Part shown: piece after piece, positions 10,801-22,800 of the stretch
Position numbering within the stretch: the first letter of the stretch is position 1
How the letters are laid out: every line of letters starts with the position of its first letter
From: Pirellula sp.
GTDB lineage: Bacteria; Planctomycetota; Planctomycetia; Pirellulales; Pirellulaceae
DNA length: 64,000 bases
NCBI GenBank assembly: GCA_031368325.1
Contig: JANMNR010000059.1
Span: 761-64,760, forward strand
Reading direction: 5' to 3'
Notes under the pieces: model-generated
What the model saw: the letters and a program-made list of their open reading frames with translations, nothing else
Databases searched by the model: none
Told to the model about the DNA's origin: nothing
Program-made: the position numbers and the translations under genes

Positions 10801-13800
10801 CGAACGCCGTGAGCGGCTCAGGCAGTCTCACGCTTACCAGCACGGGCGGCTCCGTCACGCAGAGTGCGGCCATCACCGGTCTCTACGCCCTGCAAGTCCT
10901 TGCCAGCACCGGCATCACGCTCACCCACAGCGGCAACTCGTTCGGCTTTTTGGAACTCACCAACAGCACGAGCGGCACGATCACCGCCTCCGCAAGTGCG
11001 ATCACGTCTGGACTCGCCGTCAATCAACAAACCAGCAACGACGTCAACGTGTCCGCTACCGCCGGCGACCTTGTGCTCAGCGCCTTCGGCGGTGGGATCC
11101 AAAGCGTTGGCAACGTGACACTCTCGGCCACTGGTGGTATCTCCTCGTCCGCCTGGGGAGGGCGCCTGACCGGCAGCGGTAATGTCGCCTTGCTCGCCGA
11201 CAGCGACGCCAACGGTATCGGCAGTGTGGTCTTCGCAGCGAATGGCACGGGCGACCCAACAAACAACTACAAAGTGAACGGGAGCAGCATTACACTTCGC
11301 GGCGCCGACATTGACATCGACAGTTCCGCCACCGTCGGCGTTAGCGCCCCTACGGTTAGTACTTTTGCAACAGGGTTGACGAATCCCCATGGGCTGGCCC
11401 TCGATGCGGCTGGCAACTTGTACGTCGCCAGTTATCAGGCCAACAAGATCAGCAAAGTGACACCAGCGGGGGTGGTGAGCGATTATGTGACTGGGCTCAG
11501 TGGTCCGTTTTGGGTTGTATTTGACGCCACAGGCAATATGTACATTTCGAATAGCGGCAACCACACCATAACAAAGCGTACTCCCGGCGGTGTTAACAGC
11601 ACCTTCGCCACCAGCGGGAATGGATTGAATACCCCCAATGGCATGGCATTCGACGCCACCGGCAATCTGTACGTCGCCAATGGTGGTAATAACACAATCA
11701 CTAAGATCGTATTTTCATCGCCTGGGGTGTTCGGCTCTGCGAGCACATTCGCCAGTGGGGGCATGAACAACCCCGATGGTATGTCATTCGATGCCAGTGG
11801 GAATCTCTATGTCACGAACTACAACAACCACACGGTCAGCAAGATCACGCCGGCGGGTGCTGTCAGCACTTTTATCAACTCAGGACTGACGAATCCGGCA
11901 GGCATCGTATTCGACAGCAGCGGCACCATGTACGTTGCGAGCATCAACGGCAACAGCATTATCAAAGTCACGTTCGCATCGCCGGGAGTACTCGGCACCA
12001 CCAGCACCTTCGTAACAACGACCGGTCCTGCGGGCTTAGTCTTTGATTCCGCCGGCAATCTAGTCGTCGCCAATTACACCGCCGGCAACATCAGCAAGGT
12101 CTCGCAGCAACTCACTTCGCAGATGACCCTTCAATCCTCGATGCCGTCGCGGCCGATGAGCCTCGGAGGCGCGAACAACGCCGTCGCCGGTATCAACCTG
12201 ACGGACGCTGAATTGTCTCGAATCTTCACTACGTCCAGCGGCACGGTGACCATTGGCGACGCCGCTCAGGCGGGTCCCATCACGTTTTTCAGTGCAACGC
12301 CGGCCACCACCGCCGGTGCGAATACAACCATCACTAGCATCGGTCAGATCAACCTCGACAGCACTGGTGGAACGGCTCTGAACGCGAACGGTGGCGCCAT
12401 GACTGTCGCTGGCAGTACGATGAATCTCAGCAACGCCAGCTCGGTTGGTTCCGGTTCGCTGAGCGTGACCAGCGGTGGTACGCTCAAGGGCACAGGCACG
12501 GTCGGTGGCGACCTCAGCAACGCCGCCATCGTAGCACCCGGCAACTCGCCGGGCATTGTTACGATCAATGGCAACTACACGCAGTCCAGCTTCGGCAGTC
12601 TGGAAATCGAAATCCAGGGAACCAATGCTGCGGTTCCGGACTTTGATCAGTTGATTGTCAATGGCACTATTAGCCTCGCCGGATCGCTGAATGTCGTCTA
12701 TCTCAGCGGGTATGTCGCTCCGAACGGGAGTTCGTTCGCGGTCATTCAGAATGACGGTGTGGATGCGATCTCGGGGACCTTTGCAGGGCTGGCCGAAGGA
12801 TCCACGTTTGATGTCGGAGCGACTACGTTCTCCATCACATACGCGGGTGGAGATGGCAATGACATGGTGCTCACAGCGTTAAGTCAGAAGTATCTTGTGA
12901 CAACCGTGTCGGATTCTGGTGCTGGATCCCTTCGGCAGGCGATTTTGAATGCCAACGCGAATGCCGGCGCGGACGTGATTACATTCAATATCGCCGGGGC
13001 CGGTCCGCACACGATCGCTGTGACATCGGGACTGCCGACGATTATCGAAACCGTTATTCTCGACGGCGCGACGCAGCCGGGCTATTCCGGCACGCCGATC
13101 ATTGAACTCAACGGAGCCAATGCAGGTGCGGGGGTCAGCGGGTTGACGATCATGTCAAGCGGCAGCACGATTCGAGGGTTGGTCATCAATCAATTTGGCA
13201 GCAGCGGCGTTGTGATTTCCGGCAGCGGCGCCAGTTCGAACATCATCGCGGGCAACTACATCGGAACCGACAGCTCGGGACAGGCTGCTCCGGAGATTTA
13301 CGAGTCATTTGCCTACACGAGCGGAACGGACATTACCGGAAAAACTGGTGGCCAGTCCTTTAATGGTGCCTGGGGCGACTACAGTTCTGGCGACAACGGG
13401 TTCACGGTCCAGAATGGACTGACCTACCCTGGACTCACCGTTTCCGGTGGTGCTGCTGGAGACTTGCCAGGGCTGTACAACGATGGCAACTCCCGATACT
13501 ACGATGCAACCAACTATGCCAGCTTGGTCAGTCGTGGTGAATTCTGGTTCTCGTTCCTGTACAACGTGAACAGCGGCTACTTCTCCGTGAATCCATTCGT
13601 CGCTTTCACTGGAATTAACAACGTCGGCCGCATGGAACTCAGCGATGGTGGAGGCATTTACCTGACTGGCGGAGCCTGGAGTGGAGATACGACTGAGGGT
13701 GCGACGGTTCCGCTGGGGCAGAACGTCTGGATCGTCGGCAAGTTGACTGTCACCAGCGCGGCCGACGATGGGGCGAATGACCGAATGGAAATGTGGGTCA

Positions 13801-16800
13801 ATCCAACTCCCGGCATTGTCCCCGACAACGGAACACGAGTGATCGATGCGACGTTTGCATTCTCTGCACCAGCTAATTCGGGGGTCATTATCCAGACGAA
13901 CAGCACGCCAAACATCGTACTCGACGAATACCGCGTGTCTGCATTGTATCCGGGAACTGATACCGGCAACGCGACCGGGATTGCGATCCAAAACGGAGCG
14001 ACCAACACCACGATCGGCGGAACTACTTCAGGCGCTCGCAACCTCATCAGCGGTAATAAAGGCCCGGGCGTTGACAGCTCGGGAGCCGGAACTGGGACGG
14101 ACATTCAGGGCAATTACTTCGGCGTGAACGCGGCCGGAACGACACCGTTACCGAATTACTTAAGCGGCAACAATGCGATTGACGTTATTGGCCAGGGCAC
14201 GATCGGTGGATTGACAACGACACCCGGAACCGCCGCCGGTAATCTGTTTGGTGGTACGGTCACACTGACTAGTGCGAGCACCGTGCTGGGCAACACGTTT
14301 GGTCTCCAGGCAGACGGCACGACGATCTTGGGTGTCGCTGTTCCATCAACTCAGGCATCGAGCGGCATTCGCAGCGAAGCATCGGGGTCCACGATTGGGG
14401 GAGCTGCCGTTGGTTCGCGAAACGTCTTTGCAGGTCATGGTTCAGCCAACTTCAACGGCAACAGCTATCTGGATATCATGTTCGGCGGAACGAACACCGT
14501 TCAGGGCAATTACTTCGGCACGGACATTACTGGGCTGCTCAATCGGAACAGTGGCGACGTTCGGGGGATTCAGACGGTCTTTGGTGCGACCAACAATGTT
14601 GTCGGGGGTCCAACAGCGGCGGCGCGAAACGTGATTGTCGGCGGTACTCGCGGGTTTGAAACCTACGAACCAGGGAATACGTTTGAAGGCAACTACGTCG
14701 GGATCGCTGCCGACGGCGTGACAGCCTACGGCATGTCGCAGGTCGGTGTCTTCATCCGGGATAACAACAACATAATTCGTCGAAACGTGATCTCGGGAAG
14801 TTCGGCCGTTACAGGCCTGGCACTGGCAGATACAACGACCGGCACGATCGTTGCGGGGAACTTCATTGGTACGGATGCGAGCGGCACGTTGGCCCGACCG
14901 AACCTCATCGGTATCAGCGTTGGCACATCGGGTAACACGATAGGCGGTCCAAATGCAGTGGATCGCAACATCATCAGCGGCAACGCGGACTTCGGTCTTC
15001 GTTTCGACTTCGGAGCGACGAACAACACCGTTCAGGGCAATTACGTGGGCGTGCAAGTCGATGGCGTCAGCAGTTTGCTAAATAGCAACGGTGCGATCAA
15101 TGTCGCCAGCGGTGCGACGCTCAAGGGGTCGGGCTCGTTCACTGGCAACATTGTGAATCAGGGATCAATTGCTCCGGGCAATTCTCCGGGGATTATCACC
15201 ATCAACGGCAACTACTCGCAATCCGGCAGTTCGACGCTGGCGATAGAGCTTGCGGGCACGAACGCGGCGACCCCCGAGTTTGATCAGTTGATCGTCAATG
15301 GCAATGTCAGTCTGGCCGGGACGCTGAATGTGAGTCTGCTGAGCGGCTTCGTTCCATCGAACGGCAACAGCTTCCGTATTATCGACAACGACGGAACGGA
15401 TGCGATCACCGGAACGTTTAGCGGTCTGGCTCAGGGCGCAACATTGATGGTTGGCGGCCGCGCTTTTTATGTCAGCTATATCGGCGGAACTGGGAACGAC
15501 TTGGTCCTGACAGCGGTCAATTCTCTGACCGCTGGTGCACTGGCGCCGCCGCCTGCAACCGAAGGCCAGGCGTTCAGCAACTTTACGATCTTCCACTTCA
15601 CAGACATCACTCCGACGGCATCCGTCTCTGACTACACCGTGACCGTGATTACGGGTGACGGTGAGGTGACGTTAACCAATCAGGCCAACCCAACCAATGT
15701 GCAGGTTGTTGCCAGCCAGGGTGGCGGTTTTGATGTCAAGCTGTCGTACACTTATGCTCTGCAACTGAGCAACGGGGCCTTTCGCGTCACTGTCGTGAAT
15801 GCCGGTGGCAACAGCATTTCAGCGTCGATTGCCGCCAGTGTGCCCGGCACTTTGGATACGAACTTCGGCACCGGTGGCGTAACCACGACTCCGTTCTTCG
15901 GCAATGAGTCGTTTCGGGACAGCCCATCGAATCTTGGGTCAGCGCTGCAACAGCCTGACGGCAAAATCATCGTCGTTGGCTTAAGCTATAATGCAGTCGG
16001 GGGCCACTCTCTGGCATTGGCTCGTCACAACCCCGATGGAACACTCGACAGCAGCTTTGGTACCGGTGGTAAAGTCCAGTTTGATGTACCGGGCGCTTTC
16101 TTCAGCGTGGCAAACAACGCCGCCCTGCAGCCTGATGGAAAGATCGTGGTGGCGGGCAACCTGTTGGCTAGATTTAACACCGACGGAAGCTTCGACGCGA
16201 CATTTGCTGGTGGCATCGGCTGGGTCAGCGTACCGCAGTTTCAGTACGGTTACGCAAGTCAAGTGAGGGTCCAGCCGGGTGACGGCAAGATCGTTGTCGT
16301 TGGTAATGGTGCGGATGGCCGGAGCTTCGCTGTTTCACGCTACAACACCAACGGTTCGCTCGACACCAACTTCGGCACAAATGGCACTGCGTTAACCGCG
16401 ATCGGCTGCGTCAGCGAAGTTGTTAACGCAATGGCGATTCAAGCCAATGGGGCCATTATTGTCGGGGGGCACAGCTTCCAAACAGGCCTCAATATAGCAC
16501 TTGCGGCCATGGCTCGTTTCGACAGCAGTGGTGCACTGGACACGAGCTTTGGCACCAATGGAATCGTCATCACGAACTTCGGTGACGTGACTAACTATCA
16601 ATGGGTACAGACCGCACTTAGTCTGGCCGATGGAAAGATTTTGATTGGCGGCACTAACGGCAATTCCGGTGACGTCGTTGCAAGGTACAACACAGACGGT
16701 TCGCTGGATACGAACTTCGGGACCAACGGGTTTGCCAGCTCTCCAGGGCTGATTAATTATGGCGTGTATAGCCTTGCCCTGCAAACGGATGGCTCAATTC

Positions 16801-19800
16801 TTGCGGGCTCGACGGCAGGATTCACAGGGAGCTTTGCGGTTTCTCGATTCTCCGGCAATGGTGTGCTGGACACTTCATTTGGAACCAATGGAACAGCCAG
16901 CTCCGTTCCAGGAGAAGGGGCTGTTACGAATGGCCTTGTCGTGCAGGCCGACGGCAAAATCATTGCCGTTGGAGGAGCTGTTGGTCCGACGTCAACCATT
17001 GATTTTGGGTTAGCTCGTTACAATTCAGACGGTCAATTGGACACCAGCTTCGGAACGAACGGTCAGGTACGCACGGACTTGCTCCGTGTGAATTATCCAC
17101 TGACGGGCCAGGCAACATCCGTGGTCGTTCAGTCGGACGGCAAAACTCTGGTAGCAGGGACGGAAACTGGGTTCAACAGGGTCGCGGTCACTCGTTACAA
17201 CGCAGACGGGACTCTGGACAACAGCTTTGGTACGAGTGGAATCTTCAAGCTGGATGTCACGGGACTGGGCCTGTATCCCGCAGGTTATGCTGCCAGCGGT
17301 GTTGAAATATCGAGCATGACCCTGCAGGCCGATGGCAGAATCGTCGTTGCCGGGAAGTTGATCGCCAGCTACGGCGGTAACTTCGAAGCGTTCGTCGCAA
17401 GGATCAATACCAATGGCACGCTGGACACAAGTTTCAGCACCGACGGCGTCGTGTCCGTTGGTGGCGTGCCCGGTCAACCGTGGGACTTCCATGCCGCGGC
17501 CAAGAGCGTCGTCACGCTTGCTGATGGCACGATCGTCATTGCCGGTGAAGGCCGGCCGTACAATGATCGAGTGTTTGGAAAGCTGTTCGCATTCAACAGT
17601 GATGGATCTTTAAAGACCAGTTTTGGCAGCGGTGGCCAGGTGGTCACCGAATTCACCGGGCAGACCAGTACCAGCATTTTCAACAGCCTGGCGGCTCAGG
17701 CAGACGGCAAGCTGATTGCGGTCGGACAAAGCCTGCATCCCGGCGCCTGGAAAACAGCTCTCGCCAGATACAACTCGGACGGTTCGCCGGACGCGAGCTT
17801 TGGCACGGCAGGACAGGTTCAGTCGGATGGCTCTGTGTTCGGCGCAGGAGTCCAATGGTTTATCCCGGAAAGTGTGGTCGTACAATCTGATGGCAGCCTG
17901 CTGGTCAGCGGTTACTCCGACACAACGACAGGACAGTTCGCGACTCTGGCTCGGTACACCAGTTCCGGGGTGCTCGACACGACCTTCGGAACAAATGGCG
18001 CTGTCATCAGTACGATGACTGGCTCGTTCAAAGACGTCACGATTCAGGCGAACGGCCGGATTGTTGCAACCAGCGGATTGAAAGTCGCCCGCTTCAGCAG
18101 CAGCGGCGTTCTGGAAACTAGTTTCGGCACGAATGGAATCACCACGGTCCCAGGTACCGGTCAGTTCAACAGTGTGACGCTTCAGCCCGATGGCAACATC
18201 GTGGCAGCCGGTTACATCAATGGAGCCAACGGTTCCAACTTCGCCGTGGCGCGAATCAGTGCGGGCGGATACAACGTGGCCGACGCCAACATTGTCACAA
18301 CCACCACCGACGGCATCGATGCGCTCGATGGCATCGTCAGTCTGCGTGAGGCGATCACGATTGCCAATGCCCGCAACGGCGTCGATCAGATTGCCTTCAA
18401 CATCACCGGCAGCGGTATCTTTACCATTTCCCCGGCATCGGCACTGCCGACAATCACTGAAGCCGTGATTCTTGACGGTACCACACAACCGGGCTACACC
18501 AGCACACCGGTCATTGAGCTGAGCGGAGCGAATGCGGGCGCGGGCGTTAACGGTTTGACGATTACCTCCAGCGGCAGCACCATCCGTGGTCTAGTCATCA
18601 ATCGATTTGCATCGAGCGGTATCCTTATATCCGGAAGTAGCACAAGTTCGAACGTGATCGCCGGCAACTACATCGGTACGGATGTGACCGGCCTGCTGGA
18701 TCTTGGAAACGGCCTGAATGGCGTTGATGTCATTGGTGCTCCGAACAATACCATTGGTGGCAACACCGCAGCAGATCGGAACATCATCAGCGGGAATAAT
18801 TTGAATGGAGTGAAAGTTCTTCTCGCGGATGGAAATACCATCGCCGGAAACTACGTTGGGCTGGGAGCGAACGGAACGACGGTTGTTGCCAACACGAACA
18901 ACGGTATTTACACAGTCTTTGCCTCCAACACCACGATCGGTGGCTCGACGGCCGGGGCGAGAAACGCGGTGTCGGGTAACGACGCGTCGGGAATTGCCCT
19001 CGATACCGGGAGCGGTTCTATCATATCAGGCAACTACGTTGGTTTGACTGCAGACGGAACGGCAGCTCGTATGAATTCAGGAGCTGGCATTTCGGTTGCA
19101 TATATGACAGGTGCGACGATCGGTGGTACAACCGCGAATGAAAGAAACGTGGTTGTTTCGAATGGCGGTATCGGCGTCGGACCTGGCAGCAGCGGAGTAC
19201 AGGTCATCGGCAACTATATCGGTACCGATGCCACAGGCTCCGTCGGCCTGGCAACCGGCGGCACGGGAGTTTCAGTTTACTTCTCAACCAATGTTACGGT
19301 TGGCGGCAGCACGGCGGAAACTCGCAACGTGATTTTGCAAGGTGCCGGATCCTACGGGATGTTCCTGCAGAATAGCACCGGTATCAGGATTAAGGGGAAC
19401 TACATCGGAGTGGATGTTACTGGAAACAGTACGTCCGCCAGTAGTAAAGGGATTCATCTTGCCGAGTCGTCAGCGATCATCGGCACGGATGGCGACGGGA
19501 TTGATGACGCGACCGAAGGCAATGTCATTGCAGGTGCTTCGATCAACATCGACATGCCAGCTCTTGGAACGGGCACGGTCATCGCCGGAAACAAAATCGG
19601 CACCAACGCTGCGGGAACAGCGATTCTTGGAACCAGCAGCCTGGGCATTCGCGACGAATCTTTGGGCAGCAACCGGATTGGTTCAAACGCCGATGGAACC
19701 AGCGACGACCTTGAACGCAACATCATCGCCGGGGCCTCTTCGGCGGGTATTTATGTGAGTGCCCCGAACACAGTCATCGCCGGGAATTACATCGGCACGA

Positions 19801-22800
19801 ACGCAGCAGGAACTGCTGCACTGGCCAATTCAACAGGCGTGTTTATCCAGGGATCGAATGTTACCGTCGGTGGTACGACTTCTGCGTCTCGCAACGTCAT
19901 CAGCGGCAATACCGGAAACGGCGTCGAGGTCATCGGTCCGAACAATACGGTTTCCGGAAACTACATCGGTGTTGACTCTTCTGGAAATTTAAGGCTCGCC
20001 AACCTTGGATCGGGGATTGCTACTGGGAACGCTGCCACTGGCACGGTGATTGGCGGCTTCACGGCGACGGCAGGGACGGGCAGTGGCAACGTGATTTCCG
20101 GCAATGCTTCTCACGGGATCAGTCTGGGTGGTGGATCCACAAACTACATCATTCGCGGAAACGTGATCGGCTTGGGTGCCGACGGGTCAACAATCATTTC
20201 CAATCTCTCCGGGATCTATGGCATGGCGCCCGGAACGATCATTGGCGGCGATGATGACGATGACGGAGCGCTCGATGGCGTTGTGAAGTCCCGCAATGTG
20301 ATTTCCGGAAATGAGTTGCTTGAAATCTGGGTGGAGGATACCCGCAGCCTGAATCTGAAAATTCAGGGCAATTACATCGGCACGGATCGCACTGGAATGT
20401 CGGCTCGAGTCTTCCCAGTTGGCAACAACAGCGGGGTAGGTCTCAGGTGGACTGCTGACGTGCTGATCGGCGGCACCACGCCGGGAGCCGGCAACGTGAT
20501 CAGCGGTCACCGGTTGTCTCAGATCGCGTTAAGCGGACTGGGCGGCAGCGATCCCGCATGGTCGACAAACAACAAGATCCAGGGCGACATCATCGGACTT
20601 GCCGCCGATGGCGTCACCGACCTGACGTCTGCCTTTCTCGCACTGATTGATGTCTCGTTTGGAATGCATGGCAACACCATCGGAGGCACGACGTCTGGGG
20701 CTCGCAATATTATCGCCGGTAGTTCCGGCATTCGAGTGGACGGGGTGACTACATCGGATAATGTGATCGTCGGGAACTACGTTGGAACGGACATCACAGG
20801 AACACTGGCGCGTGGCGGCGATTACGGAATTCTCATTGGCGGTGGCGCTACAAACACCACGATCGGTGGCTCAACGGCTGGAGCTCGTAACCTCATCAGC
20901 GGGAACGCGCAAGGCCTCACCATTGGTGCCGGATCGACAAACACGCTGGTGGCAGGCAACTACATCGGCACGAACGCTGCAGGAACGGCCGCCATCGGAA
21001 ATTTGCAATTTGGCATCGCCATCACCGGTTCCAACAACACGATCGGCGGAACGACCATTGGGGCGAGAAACGTCATCAGTGGTAATGGCAGCGGTGCTGG
21101 TAACGGTATTGGACTTGCGATCTATTCTTCGTCGGGCAATGTCGTTCAAGGAAACTTCATCGGCACGGACCACACTGGTCTCCTGCCCATCGCGAACGAT
21201 GGCACGGGCATCAGAATCGCTGGTGACGATAGCGATCCCGCGAACGAGGCCCATGACAACGTCATCGGCGGAACGGCCCCCGGAGCGGGGAACGTCATCA
21301 GCGGCAACGCCGCTGGCATATCGATCGAAGGCAACGGAGCCTACAACAACACCGTCGCGGCCAATATCATTGGTCTCGGCGTTGATGGTTCCACGATCGT
21401 GGGCAACGGAACCGGCGTCGCCTTTGCCAACAGCCATCACAATACCATCGGTGGAACCACTGCGGCCGCTCGCAATATTATCAGCGGCAACGGTGGTGGC
21501 ATCTCAATCAACTACGGTGCTGACCACAACACGATTAGTGGCAACTACATTGGCACAGGTTCGACCGGGATGATCGCCAAGCCGAACGGCATGGGCATTT
21601 TGGTGAACGGCCCATTCACTACCATCGGCGGCACAGCGGCCGGTGCTGGAAACGTGATCTCTGGCAATTCCACGGACGGTATTCTGATGATCGACGGCAA
21701 CACTTTGGTGGCCGGAAACATCATCGGCCTCAATGCTGCAGGTAATGCGGCTCTGGGGAACGGACGGTACGGTGTTGCGATTGAGGGAAGCGCTAGCGCA
21801 AACACGGTTGGCGGAACCACCGTGGCGGCTCGCAACGTCATCAGCGGGAACGCTCAGGACGGAATTCGAATCTCCAGCAGCAATGCGTTGAGCGGAACTG
21901 TGAGCTGGTGGAAAGCGGACGGCACGGCGAATGACTCGGTGGGCGGGAGCAATGGAACGCTGCAGAATGGGGCGACGTACGCGACTGGGCTTTCGGGGCA
22001 AGCCTTCAGTTTGGATGGCACGAACGACTACGTCCAATTCAATCGGCCAGCAGCTGTGACGGACTTTACGATCGATAGCTGGGTATATATCGATCCGGTG
22101 ACAAACGTGGGAGAACGCGTTGTCGTCGGTTGGGACGATTATCAGTATGTTGGGAACGGATCACGGCAGGCGATTGTGCTCAAGTCGAGTGCGCCAACCT
22201 ACGGAGGAGTCAACGCCGGACAGGGCCGGCCTTCGTTTGGAATCCTCAATGGAGCGACGTTTGACAGAATCAGTGCTCCTGAGGCGCTGACGGCCGGTTG
22301 GCACCATCTGGCAGGATCGCGGACGGGCACCTCTCTGCGTCTGTACGTGGACGGCGTACAGGCCGCGACGATGACGAGTACGATTTCCATGGCGATGCAG
22401 CCGAATGATTCTTTGGTTATTGGCCGCAGTAGTTCCCACCCTGGACTGGCCAACCCGGCGCACTTCGCGGGGCTTGTCGACGAGACGGCGTTGTTCAGTC
22501 GAGCATTGACCGCCACCGAGATTGCAACGATCCATGAAATCGGCGGCGCCTCGAAGTCTCGGAATACCATCCAGGGCAACTACATCGGAACCAATGCATC
22601 TGGCACCGCGGATCTAGGTAATGGGATGGACGGAATTCGAGTCAGCTCCCCAGCTAATAGGATCGGAGGCACGACTGCTGGCGCCGGCAACGTCATCTCC
22701 GGAAACAACAACGCTGGCTTGTGGATCAATAGCGGAGCAAACAACACGCAGGTTTACGGTAATCTGATCGGCACCAATGCTTCGGGTAGCGAAGCGATCG

